A DNA stretch of 64,000 bases, from contig JARFYF010000058.1 of the NCBI GenBank assembly GCA_030265395.1, forward strand, positions 17,238,012 to 17,302,011. The letters run 5' to 3'. Made by a program: the position numbers and the translations under genes. Below, piece by piece: positions 49,000-61,938 of the stretch (position 1 is its first letter; the number at the start of each line of letters is the position of its first letter). The notes beneath the pieces are model-generated. The model was not told the origin of the DNA, did no database searches, and saw only the letters and a program-made list of their open reading frames with translations. This DNA is from Rhina ancylostomus (lineage: Eukaryota).

Positions 49000-50040
49000 C
49001 ATTTGTGGAATACTTCAAAAGTTGGTCTGTGCAGTCACTGTTATGCTTTCTGGCAGGTCTTGGCAAAGCACATTGACTGGAGTAGCTGAGTAAGTGGGGC
49101 ACAAGGCTTGGCAATGGCATTGACTCACACTGGCTATATGCCCATTCAGTTCTGAAAATCCAGCTTGGCTGATGTCCACCAAAAAGAAGGATAAATACAG
49201 TCCCGAATGGCTGGATTCCTTTATTCTGGCCTGGTTTAGCATTTGGAATACCAGCACTTCTGAACACGGCTGGATAAACAGCTCCTGTAACATATCCATT
49301 AGTTTGAAGTGGAAGCACTTTCCAGAGCAGGCATGTTCGGATGGCCTTTCTCAAAATTTCAGCCTGTTCAAGACCTCAGCTCAGTGGCTTACAGGAACAG
49401 CACAAGGCAAATCAGCTTCCTTTCAGATGTGTGTGCCTTGAAGGTCCATGCAATGCAATACTTGAGGAGAAAAATAATCATTATTGTAGAGCTACAGCAA
49501 TTATTGTATGCTTAATGCCTTCTGAATCATCTTCTTCCTTCATCACAATGTGTTCAGTGTCCACTATCCCATCTCCTCTGTCAAAAACTTCTGTTGTGTT
49601 GTCAACTCTCCTGCTGCTCACCTTTTCGCACCTAGCACTAACCATGCTGCCTGACCTGCTGAGTTCCTCCAGCACTTTTTGCGTATTGCTCCAGATTCCA
49701 GCATCCGCAGAATTTCTTGTCTCCATGATCTCCTGGCAAGTTCCTGCAGCTGTGGAATCTTGCTCGAGTTCTTCATAAATGACATTATCAAGGCTGTAAA
49801 AAGGTGAATTCGTTGAATCATTACAATCAAGCTTTTCAGTCCTGTATTGGAGTGTTTCAATCAATGATCACTGATTGGACCCTCATTGGCACTGCCTTCA
49901 AATGTCTCCCCACCTTTTACCAACAGTTATGTTTTCGCCCAGGCTCAGAGGTAAAGGTCCTTTTTTTCTTCAAATTTCTATCTTTCTGGTCCAAATCTCA
50001 CAGGAAGGTCAAATAGTTTACCACCCACTTCAGCCTGATT
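49000..50040 (-). mobile_element. Possible ancient L1/Tx1 RT relic, interrupted by a Penelope-type tail at 49640-49725
   Basis: Ordered degenerate motifs on the reverse strand: DQ...PGR, TEKLD (~EKAFD), FRSAGIP (~FKYLGIP) and WTSAKLDF (~WxxxxLSF). Confidence 0.3.
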
Positions 50041-50720
50041 TGCCACCCCAATTTAAAATGGGGCTCAAGAAGATATGGTCTGTATTGCACTGGATATAGC
50101 CTGCCCCCCACACTATCCCCACTTCTGCAGATACCTTTAACAGCTGACATCCTCCCAGCTGTGTCACAGCTTCAGGCAGCAGAAGCTAAGTGCCTGATGG
50201 CCTTCTGACAGCTTGTGCCCTTATAGGCCATTTCTGCTCTCCCTAAATGTCTCTGATGATCAGAGACTTTTAGATACGGTTGGAAAACATTGAAATAATT
50301 TTAAAAAACTACAACTAAAAAAAACTAAAAGTCAATAAATTCACTCACATTAGATTTACATAACTTATTTAAAAACAATGACATTAATTCAAATAAAGTC
50401 AAAAGAAAAGTGACCTTTACTTCATTGGTTGAGGTTGGTGATCCCACTCAGAGAAGGGCTGTATTGGATGCATTAGCTGAGAGGTAAGACAGCAAGTTAC
50501 CTGCCCCTTCAGCGTAAGACACTGCCAAATGCCTTCAGATTCAATGCTGATTTGAGAAACTGCAGATGAATTTCAAAATGCCAGAGCAAATGGCAGTGAG
50601 AAAAGGGAGGCAAAGGATTAGGAGCATCAGGAGTACAGAGAATACAACACTGAGGGTTTGGGATAATGACCATTGAGAACCATTGTGCAGGCAACTAGTT
50701 TGGAATCCACTAGTTTGCAT
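50020..50720. mobile_element. AT-core element (same family as 1-560)
   Basis: cctaaatgtctctgatgatcagagac (50242) vs tttaaatgtctctaatgacccaagac (121), an AT core, and ggtgatccc after the core. Confidence 0.5.
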
Positions 50721-52639
50721 ATTGAATCTAACTGGCTGTTCTTCATGGAACTGTTGGCATCACCATCAGCAGAATATAGCCCTTACATGTTTCTTCCCTA
50801 TGCTGGGATAGGTAACTGGTCACTGATAGCTCCTCCTTCAGAATAATTAGTAGACAGTTTAAAGGAAGTAAATTTATGAATAAGCTGTAGTAGTCAATGT
50901 GATTTTATTTTCAGTTTCAACAGATTATTGGGATGTTTTATTATAATTCTGTCCAATACCATATGTTTTGTGGAATTGGGATTTCAGGGTCATATTTTTG
51001 CCTTTATCACTGGCTGTTGATCCAATATTTTGTGATATATTATGTGCAATTTACACTTGAATACCAATAACCCTATAAATCACAAATTAAATGGTTTTAA
51101 ATTTGTAAAAATGCTTTACACTTCTCACAAAAAAAGTTGAGGCAAAATAATTAATGTCTCAATGCACTATTAAAGTACATAAAACTAAAACAATTACAAA
51201 GAATTAAAGTTTTCTTACTTGTGTTTCTTTGAAGTTTGGGACAATCAAATAATGTGCACATCATTTCATGAAATAGTTTGACAAAATTACTGACTTAAGT
51301 TTACAAGTTAATAATTCAATAATTAACCTTTAATTCACGGGAAGGCTGATGGATATTGGTGGAATGAGGTCAGTGTGCTTCTCCTGATTTTCCAGTTGTA
51401 AACTTTAGCAGCAACCATAAAATTGACACAATTGACTACCCAGGTCCCTGCCCTACCAAGAATTGAGTCAGGCTCCATGTTATGGTAGTTAACTCACAAA
51501 ATAATTCCTTTTGGCCTGTTTCTTCTAAAAATATCCATGGTTCTAACTCCAAAATAAGTTATTGGTTGAATGCTGTGAATGTATCTTGTGCAATATGTAC
51601 TGGAAAACAAGGAAAATCTTGTGACTGATCCACAATAACATAACATAATTATGCACCTTATAATTGCAGATTTAGATAAAACTGAATTAGTGTGCTGAGT
51701 ATTTCTTGTACCAGTAGAGTGGCAGGGTAGGTTGCAGAAGGGAAAATCTGGCTTGTAGGATTGCAAGCTGGTATCAGACCAGGCTGATCTTCCTTATACT
51801 AAAATTCATGAAAGTAAATTCCTTATGATTTTTCTAGGATCCCGCTGCCAGATTTTCCTTGCTCCTGGTGATGCTTATGACTTGTGTGGCAAAAAACAAG
51901 GCTCACCCAAGGAGTGCAAAATGATGTCATTTCTATCAAACCTACCACCACTCTATAATTATCAGCAATGTTCCAGGTGTGAAGTAAAAGGCTGTGTACT
52001 CAATGAAATGCTAGTTAATCTTGTTTACGAGAGCAGAATGTGATGTTGGACAAGCCAATAGAAAAATGGAAGCATTTAAAACAGGAAAGAAAGTCACTAA
52101 TATAAGCTTTAAATGACTAAAACCAATGCAAACACAAAGCAATTGGTTTGATATGCATTACCCTGAGCTCACTTTTTTTGATGTGGAAATGTTAATCAAT
52201 TTAAATTAGATCAGTAAAATCACCATCAAATTTGTCACCACAGAAACATTCCAAACAACTGGATTTTCCTAATGGTGGCAAATTAGTTTCTAATAGTCCA
52301 AAAATTATAATTCTGTGGTTGACAATCTTAGTGAACATGGGCCTACCTAAAATGTGTGGAAGTTGCAGAAAAGCCAATTAATTTGTAACTTACTTATCTG
52401 GAGACCACCAGTTACTGTGGAAATAAAGTGTCTCCTTGACTTTGATTTTAAAATATGCATCAGGGACTGATTGTCAATCACCAGGTGTTTTTTTTAATTT
52501 GATTAGTACCAGGAAAAAGTTGTTAAAAAATAAAATGCTGCATTTTGTTCAGTTGTACTCACCTCAAAAATAAAAGGGAAAGGTAGAGAAACTGAAGAAA
52601 ATATTGTGCTATAAACATAGGAAATATATTAAAACAAGC

Positions 52640-54035
52640 AGAATAGAGTATTTCAGCATAAAATTCAAAAAAAGAGGTAATCCTTAAAAAATGCGATTTA
52701 TCAAGAAGTTAGACATGTCAGTGTTCAACCAATACAACACTATTGTTGATGTTTAAACAGCTTTGGTCATGTAGTGTGACCATTTTAATAACATTATACC
52801 TGCCTAAAATTCAAGAAGCTAATGAGAATGGGGAACAGTAGGAAATTATTGCAAGTAAAACAATAGTGCTAGACAAATTGGTGAGACTGAAACCTGATAA
52901 ATCCCAATGACCTGATGACATGTATTCCAGAGTTTCTAATGAAGTAGCAATAAAGAGTGGATGCATTGGTTGTCACCTTTCAAAATTTAAATGGCAAATC
53001 TGCCATCACAGAAACTAGTCTGGTGAATTTTTCTAACACTTCTTCCAAGGCTGGTATGTCTATTTTCAGGTAAAGACTTCAGAACTATCCACAATGCTCC
53101 AGGTGTGGAATGGTTCCTGGAAATTGGATGGCAGAAAATATAATTCCACTCAATGTCATATTTCCAAGTTTGCTGTTGGTTAAAATAAACTGGGTGGGAT
53201 TGTGGGAAGGGAGGAGGGTGTGAAGAGTCTTCAGGGGAATATAAACAAGCTGAGGAAGTGGGTGAGAACATGAGAGATGAAAAATATTGCAGGAAATGTA
53301 AGTGTGCACAAAACAGAAAAGCAGAGTATTTTTTATATGGTGACATATCAGGAAATGTTGATGTTTGAAGGGACTTAGTACACAAGTCACACAGAGGTGC
53401 AGCAAGAAAATGGAAAGGCAACCAGTATGTTGTAAATGATGAAGGGTATACGAAGGGTAATTGACCTGAAATGTTAACTCAGATTTTCTTTCTCCACAGA
53501 CACTGCCTGAATTGTTGAGTATGCCAGCACTTAAGTTTCTATGTCAGATTTCCAGCATCTGCATTTTATTATTTTTTGGATGGTATGTTGGCTTTCAATA
53601 CAGGAGACTTTGCGTACAGGAGTCAAGAAGTCTTACTGCTTTGGTAAGACTCTACCTGGAGTATTGTGGACCTGAAGAAGTGCTATGAAGTTTAGACTCT
53701 GTCTGTATTCGCCAGAATTTAGAAGAATGAAAAGTTATCTTATTGAGAATGAGCTTGATACAATATCTTTAATAAGTTCTGCCAAACAGTACTTCTTCTA
53801 GAGGATTAGAAAGTGCATCAAATTTTAAATGCACAACTTTTGGGGGTGCAGGATACAGTTTCATTTACAGCTTTCATGAAATGGTTGGAAAAAATATGCA
53901 AGGGAACAAAATGCAGGAATAGCTCAGGTGAAGAAAGGGGACAGAGTGATGGAATGAACTGGATTACTCTTTGGAAAAGTTAACATGGACTTGATTGACC
54001 AAATGGTTCATGCAGTACTATTCTGTAATTCTTTC
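52640..54035 (+). mobile_element. Fragmented old CR1 ORF2 and 3' end
   Basis: LKPDKSQxPD tether motif, LQGNINKL, LVRLYLEYC and a 3'UTR at about 53930-54035. Interrupted at 53433-53582. Confidence 0.7.
53433..53582 (+). mobile_element. Penelope-type terminal repeat
   Basis: tgatgaagggt...gacctgaaatgttaact. Flanked by the 8-bp direct repeat gtatgttg (53425-53432, 53583-53590). Confidence 0.7.
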
Positions 54036-55599
54036 TCTAAACAAACTTTAATTATGTGGAACTTTTTTTTTAACAACTGGAGTTTACTTCTTGCTGGCCT
54101 AAGTACTGGAGAAGTGAAATTGTGTACTGTGTCAGATTTCAATCTATATAATTCTGAATGCTTAAAATAAGAAGATTGGAGATTTGAACCTTTTAAAGTG
54201 AATCAGGAGAATGAATAATTTACAACTGATACTAGCCTTCAACTTTTTAAACTGTTCTTCCAGAGTCTCACCTTGACTTACATCTACTTATAAATATGTA
54301 CTCCAGCAAACACTGTTTATGGGGAATCTGTCTGCATTCTTGAGTTCCTGGTGCTATTGTTGGGCTATCTCCTTTCATAGCAGTAACACACTGGTGTTAA
54401 CATATAGCTATACATACTGACACAGCTGTGTTATATGTTCCAGGATCAAGGTGTTCTGTTGGCACTGGTCATGGAATAAGAAATGTAAGAGTAGAAATGA
54501 GCTATGTTTGACTTCTGCTTAAGGCTGGAAAGATTCCAAACATTCTTCTCAAGGAGCTTTGCAATAGCCTGCATAAGCAGACCACTGCAAAATAAGCTGA
54601 CACTGTCATCTCAAATGCTGCTTCCACATTATCAGATCAATGCAATTGGTTGCCGATAATTGAGGCTGTAATGCAAAGAGGGTTCCTGTAAAATGACAGA
54701 AGTAACTCTAAGCTCTCAAATAAAACCCCGCTCAAGTACTCTTAATAAAGCATTGTGTGGAGAGAGTGAACATTCAACATCATATTTTGGACCACGAATG
54801 TAGAGAAGAACATCTGAAAATCATACCAGGTTCAATTTTCAGACAGGTGGGACTTGCACCAGAAATGGGAAAAACCCTGTTGTGTATATTGTTTTTTGTA
54901 CAATTAACACATAAAAACAGATGCAAATAGATCCAACTTCAACACATGGTCTTTAATGAAAATTTGTGGAATAAGAAATTTATTGCGAGGAGAAGGCAGA
55001 ATGGAAAGCCCACCCTTGCCCTTGCCTCGTCCTGCAATGTCTCTATTGATGCATAGCGTCAACAATTCAAACAGACTTCATGGAGGAGATGTCATTTGAA
55101 TGCTACTTATGACAAAAGTGCAAATGAACAAATAGTGGGAAAATCCAAAATCCTGGAAAATCATGGAATATTTGGTGAAAGAGCAAAAGAAATAAAATGC
55201 CAGAATTAATCGAATACAAGCATTATTTAGATCCTGGCATTCTTTATCTATTTAATGAATGACTAAATTAAGTTGATTTTAACTCAACCAAATTAACGAT
55301 TAATGGGAAAGTGAGAGTCTCATTTTATTGATAATCAATGTGCTGCTCTGTCAACATCAACTCTTCAGTGGTTGCAAATATGAAGAGATTGATCCTCTTC
55401 AACAAGAGATTTCCAGGACATGCAAGTTAAGGTCTCAGTCAGCCTGGAGGATCACAGCCTAGACATGCACACACAGGGAAGAGGTGGCGATCCTGTAAGG
55501 TAAGTGGCCATGAGGAACGATGTGGTGGAATAGTTTGAAATGGTGGAGTCAAGGAGTTAGGATGATGCACCCTGCAGGGTGTAGATGATGGTTCCACTC

Positions 55600-55800
55600 T
55601 ACTTATCTTTTGTGACCTAGTTAGTTCATTAAAGCAGTGGGGCACTATCATTGTGCCAATGTCCTCAGCAAACGCCAAGCATATCTTCTTGCCCTCTGCC
55701 TTCAGTTTCTTTTTCCTACTGATGTGGCCCATTGCAGTCCTCAGCTGGCCAAACATCACTGAAATTACACGGAGCTGCACTTTGATTACTCACCTCGACT
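55600..55800 (-). pseudogene. Harbinger/PIF Myb/SANT-like DNA-binding ORF relic
   Basis: AAPCNFSD (one frame), then RKKK...KKICLAFAEDIG...CFNELTRSQK (another frame), followed by the broken donor AAG|ataagt at 55607. Confidence 0.5.
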
Positions 55801-57009
55801 GTGCTTCTCCTAAACTCCGACACTCTTTCCACAGTGTCACTGGGACATTCATCACACCTACAACCATGGAATTTGATGGGAATAAAATGAGAGTGAAGAG
55901 GATGCTGCTTAAAAAAACACTGGCGCTCACACTTAATCTGTTTCTGGGTTCCCACTCTCCCAATTACCCTACCACATCCTGCAACCACCTGACCGTGATC
56001 ACTGCCCTTCTTTCACATAAACAGCATCAAACATCCAATGATAAAGTCCTCACTCNNNNNNNNNNNNNNNNNNNNNNNNNNNNNNNNNNNNNNNNNNNNN
56101 NNNNNNNNNNNNNNNNNNNNNNNNNNNNNNNNNNNNNNNNNNNNNNNNNNNNNNNCTCAAGCTTAGCCAAAGTCCTCACTCATCAGGTCTCAAATCAGAA
56201 AATAAGGCATAACACTGCAGGACTAACACTATACAGAACAATACTCTCAACCCACACTAGGAGAGAAACCACATTGGATTCACCCAGTAGTGTGAATGCA
56301 TCTTAAGTTGTCTAAAAGAACAATACTTTTCTTTTTCCACAAAACTCTAAATGTGGACTATGTGCATGTGCTTGTGTACCTGGTGGGTAGTGCTTGTGTG
56401 GTGTTTGGCTGGAAATGCAGGCATTGGGTGGTGCTTCTTTAGACATATAACTAGCAAGACTGATTGTTGATCTGTGGAAAACTGAAAAATCCACAAATCA
56501 GGAATCCCTTTGATGTTGCTATAATTAGCTTAGGGCCCAAAAGTATGCTTCTAAAACTTAAGAAAAATAAATGTACAGCAACTAAGGAAAAAGTGTCATT
56601 TTTCTTTATTGGGTCCACCATGTGTGAGCGAGCCTAAAGCAACAGTTATTAAATTCAAAAGTATGGTAAATAGTTGAAGTTTTCATTTTTGTCGGCATTT
56701 GTCGGACAGTCTTTGTTTTTGTGGTTAAGACCTTCTGTACCAGACATTCTTCACTTTTGGCATTAACATATTCTGTTATTAGAAACTCCTGATAGAACAA
56801 TTGGTAGAACAAGCTGAAGGCACTAAATACAAAGTAGAAAGAATGACATGAGTAAAATTGCCAGCTAGTGTTTAATGTTGAGCTCTGTACAAAGCTATTG
56901 GTAGCTCATTATTTTCCTGTCCTTCAACCGGCCTTCCCCTTACCCTTAAAGGATCTAATGGTCTTGAACACTTTTGAAAAAAAATAATACTACTGTGGAA
57001 ACATAATCT

Positions 57010-57740
57010 AAACTAAAGCAGGGAAGTGTGAGGTCATGCACTTTGGTAAGAGGTATTAAAAGGTGGATTACTATCTAAATGGAGAGACTGCAAGTGAGTG
57101 AAGTTCAGATGGATCTCGGTTTTCAAGTGCATGAATCACAAAAAGTTAGCAGGAAGATCCAACAAATAATCAAGAAGACAAACAACTTGCTGGCCTTTAT
57201 TGCAAAGGGCTTGGAGTTCAAGAATAGTGAGGTTTTCTTACAGTTGTACAGAGTTGTGGTGAGGGTGCACTTGGAATACTGTGCCGAGTTTTGGTCCTCT
57301 TACATAAAAGGATATAGTAGCATTAGTAGCATTGGAAGCAGTCCCAGGATGAAAGATTTTCCGACCAAGAGAGGCTAGGCAGGTCAAGTCTGTATTCATT
57401 GGAGATTAAAAGAATGAAGGGTGACCCCATTCAAAAATTTAAGAACCTAAGGAGACTTGACAGGGTAGATGCTGAGATATTTTCACCAGTGGGAGAGTCA
57501 CGAACAAGGGACATAACTGCAAAATAAGGGGCTGTCATTTAAAACTGAGGCATGTCGTAATTTCTTCTCTCAGAGTGTAGTGAATCTCTCAAATTCTCTG
57601 CCCTTAAGGGTGGAAGAGGCCAGATTATTGGATATATTTATGGTGGCGATTGGTAAATATTTGAAAGATCAAGGAAGTGAAGGTTCTGGAGAAATGGCAC
57701 AGAAGAGGAGTTGAGACTGGCATAGATCAGCCATATATTT
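57010..57740 (+). mobile_element. CR1 LINE 3' ~730 bp
   Basis: ORF 57079-57378 contains LAFIAKGLEFKNSEVFLQLYRVVVRVHLEYCAEFW. Confidence 0.9.
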
Positions 57741-59064
57741 AAATCTGATTTTCAAATCAAGATGTAAGATATTTGTCTTTGTCTCTTTTGTGTCTGGCTT
57801 TGTAATACCAAATGAAAAATCCTTATCCAGTTTATCTTCAAAGGAGGAAGCAGTCCTTAAATTAAAATATGGAAAATCTCTTGCGGAGTGTTAAAATAGT
57901 TCTCAGTTGGTGGAAGCTGGCAGTACATAACACTTCAGGAAAGTTGCCAAAGACCACAAACAGATATTTTTTCCTCAGGTCAGAAATGAAACTTAGGCCA
58001 AGTTTTTCTACAGCAGTTTGTTGAAAAGCCTCTTAAGTGAGGGTGGAGCAACAAAGTGTAAATGTTAAATGTCGACTCTGTTTAAGCAAAGTCCTCTAAT
58101 CCTCAATGCAGTAAACTGCCAATAACTTGTAGTTTAACCATGTGACCCAATGTTTTAAGAAAAGGTTCAAATTTCTTAAGGAAATCATAAAACTAAAAGC
58201 AAAATAAACAACTTCATCAAAAGTGGAATCAGACTTTATAGTTCTGCAAATGTTAGATGTCTGTATTAGATCAAATGAGCTCGTGAGAATATTCTTCAAC
58301 TATTTCAATTACAATTTATGCAACGAGATTAAATGTGGTCTGAAAATTTGGCAAAGTATCTTTGACTAAATGTGGCAGGAAGCTGTGCATAGTTCCAGTT
58401 TGATGTACAGCCTTTGTCATATTGGAAAAGGCAGATGCATTCAGAAACATTTTAACAACAGAATAATGTATTAAAATTAGGGTCCTTTGCCTCTCACAGG
58501 ACCTCTTTTTAATTTTCAAGTGCTTTATCCTCCTGCTGCTGAATTTGCATGCTAACTGGTAGAATTTACCCAAGACTCACCTGGGATGAGAAGCTAAAGT
58601 AGAACTTGATACTAAAATCACTATTGTCTTGCCAATAAAAATAGTTCACTCATTGTTCAAAACATGAATTTTTGACCTTGAGAAAATGCTCACTTCTTCC
58701 ATGGCAGGCTCAATTGGGTAAGTTTATAACCTGGGCAAACTGACTGAAAGAACAAACTTGTGCCAGATGGGCAAACTCTAATTTGATGGATCTCGAAAGG
58801 TGAAGAAAAGCAGAGACGTTAATGAAGTTGATACTACCTGTCAAGGATCCAACATGCATCAGCGATAAATAAGCTCATCCGATATGTGTTGGAGCTTGTT
58901 TAAGTCATAAAAGGACATGGATTTCAGACCCATTTTATTCATACCAAATACAAATCTACATTGTTCCTACTCCTGCAGTACCCTTTACTTCCCCCTTTGC
59001 CAACTTCTAACAGGAATCTTCCGGCAATAGAGAAACACTGACCGAAGATCATTTTACGCTTAAT

Positions 59065-59370
59065 TACAGAAACCTTCTTCTGCCCTGACTGAGGTATCTA
59101 GAATGAGAGGTCATAGTTTCACGTAAGGGGCAAGAGATTTTAGACTAAGATGATGAGAAATTCTTTCCAATTAAGTGCGTAAGAACCTATGGACTTTGTT
59201 AGCATGGGGGCCAAGTTACTGACTATACTTAACCAGGAAATAGATGAATTTCCAGATGCAAAAGGCATCAAGAGGTATGGGGAGAGTGTGAGAATATAGT
59301 TTTGCGATCGAGGATCAACCATGACCAAATTGAATAGTATTGGGGGGGATTGGAGGAGCAAGTGTTTCAT
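59065..59370 (+). mobile_element. Old CR1 3' end
   Basis: SRMRGHS-like ORF end and a degenerate 3'UTR. Confidence 0.65.
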
Positions 59371-60583
59371 TGTGACAAGACTGGTTTATATTGAACTAAA
59401 ATGCCAGATCACACACACTGTGCAAAGGAAGAGAAATTAATGCCTGGATTTAAAGTGGCTGAGGATCGAGGATCATCTAACTCTGTGTAGTGGATGGGGG
59501 GGGGGGAAGGGGTGGGCAATGCAGCTGGGACCTGCTTGTTAAGACCCTTCGTGTACTAGTGTAAAACTGCTTAGGCATTGAAAGGAATGCGTNNNNNNNN
59601 NNNNNNNNNNNNNNNNNNNNNNNNNNNNNNNNNNNNNNNNNNNNNNNNNNNNNNNNNNNNNNNNNNNNNNNNNNNNNNNNNNNNNNNNNNNNGGGGGGGG
59701 GGGGGGGGTTCGCGGGGGGCCAATGCAGCTGGGAACTGCTTGTTAAGACCCTTAGTGTACTATTGTAAAACTGCTTAGGCATTGAAAGGAATGAGTAAGT
59801 GCTCATCTGTAGTATGATGCTTTACCTGAGGACCTGGGTAACTATCCTCATTTCTGAGGTCTGGTTTTGGATCCCTCTGTTCTCTCATTTGAAGGAGACC
59901 CAAGTATATGATTTATCTGAGCTTGAGTGGTTAATAAGGTTTACAGTGAAAGACTTGTCTGGGGCATTCAAGCACTTCAGTGCAGGACTTCATTGTCTTG
60001 AGAAGATGGACCTAATGCTGCCAGCTGAATCATCAAAGGTCTGCCTTGCTACAAGGCCATCTGTGATGAAACAAGAAGAGTCTGGTGTTCAGTCCTCCCC
60101 GGAAAGGTTCAGAATGAAGGTTGTACAGCCACTAGCATCTTCAGTTTTGGCAACACTGACACAATCATTGCCAGTCCCATCCTCCTCTTCTTCCTTCCTA
60201 TCTGACCACCAATATCGCTTCATGCGACCAAGCCAGCACTAGAGATTCAGGTAGATGAGATTGAGGTTAAATTACTTTCTGATTTTATTTTTATGTCTGC
60301 AGTGTCTATTTAATCCAAGTTTTTTTTTCCATTTTATTGTACTATACAGTGCAGTGGGTAAAGGAAGCTCCTACCATCAATGTGTAAAACCACTACTGTC
60401 TGCCCTTGTTGTCAGGCAGCTCCCAGATATGGGAGGTGGCCCATATTTTACAGCATATTCTTGAGGCCATTCATTGTTGAAGGGTGATGTTGTGTCGTGG
60501 AGGAAAGCTAGTAGATGATCTTTATTTTGCTGATGTTAAGTGTAGGTCTATTCTCCCATACACTTCAGTGGGTCTGTTGTGGA

Positions 60584-60744
60584 CCTACAAATAGTCGGTC
60601 CTGATGCAAGGTTTTGACCCAAAATGTTGACAATTCCTTTCTTCCCACAGATGCTGATGAGCCTGCTGAATTCCTCCAGCAGATTGTTTGTTTGTTTGTT
60701 TGTTTGTTGCTCCAGGTTCCAGCACCTGCAGTATCTTGTGTCCC
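60584..60744 (+). mobile_element. Penelope-type terminal repeat inside the RTE
   Basis: ggtc-ctgatgc-aaggttttgaccc-aaaatgtt-gac. Flanked by tctgttgt(g/a)ga (60573-60583, 60745-60755). Internal (tttg)n. Confidence 0.7.
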
Positions 60745-61938
60745 TCTGTTGTAGATGGCTGAATTGATGCCATCACAAAACAAATGTAAGTTGAAGATGG
60801 ATTTCTGCAGGCAGCCATATTGAAGAAGGATGCTCCACTATATAGTCATGAGATATAAAGGGCATATATAGTGTTTAATGCCATTGGCTGTACTTTCTTG
60901 GAGTTGCATCTGGTGAAGATCATGTCCATTGTGCATCTCGATGAATGGAATCCACAGTTATTTGGAGAACAACTCTTCAGCTGCTGGGAGAAGGCAGTTT
61001 TGGAGGATGGTGATGATGACGTTCCCTGTGTTAGGAAGCAGGGAGACACTTCATCTGATTCTACTATTGGATTTGTCTCTTTTCTTCAAGATGGTCATTT
61101 TTATGGCATCTCCAAGGACCACTAGATATCCTGTGCTTCCCTGACTTGGAGATGAAAATATGAATTTGTGGCTAAAGTTTTTCTCAGGCAAGTTTTATAA
61201 CTTCAGCAGGAATACCATCTGCTCCTGAATCCTGGCTCCTTTTCAGTCAACATGGTCTTCATGACTTCTTGTCAGTTGAGAGGTGGTGGTGAGGCTGAAC
61301 CAGATCATTTGCTGAGGGATGGAATCAAGGGTGCTCATGTTAGAGACAATACCACCCTTGAGGACTTCAAAGTGCTACTTCCAATGGCTCTGACAGCTTC
61401 TCTGTCCTTGCTAAGTTAACTTCTGTTACTAGCTTTGTAGGTTGTTTGGGCCATTAATGACATTACCATGGATGATATTAAGTTGTCATTATCAGTGAAT
61501 TTCTAGACCTCCTGAGCACTTTACAATCATCATCTGTCCTTTAGGACACAGTCCTGAAGGACTGTGACCTTCAGGCATCTGTAGAGCTTTTTCTATTTCT
61601 ATGAGGTGTGGTGAGGTTTCTAATCCAAGAACATCTAGAATCTGTGATTGATTAGGTCCTGGATATCCTGGTTATTCTCATCGTCAGTTCTGGGGTTTTC
61701 TGAGAGATCAACCAAGAGTCTCTTCACAGGTGGACTTCGGCAAAGACTCGGCACTGTGGACACTGTAGGTCCTGTGACTTGGGGTCACCAAATTGTCTGT
61801 GATGTACTGTCTGAGAAGAACTATTTCAGTGGGATACTTGAGAGCTTCTTGTAGCAGTATTCTGTTTATGCCACTGTTTTAGACTCAGGTTCTTAGAGAT
61901 AATAGGATGGATTGGAAAATGGTCAGTCCAACTGATAT

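Noticed and set aside
55196-55241. Hairpin aatgccag...ctggcatt as a pre-miRNA
   Set aside because: Only 8 perfect base pairs with weak extension, and no known miRNA seed recognised.
55653-56306. 217-aa ORF
   Set aside because: Runs through a 100-N gap, lies antisense to the Myb/SANT relic and has no recognisable motif.
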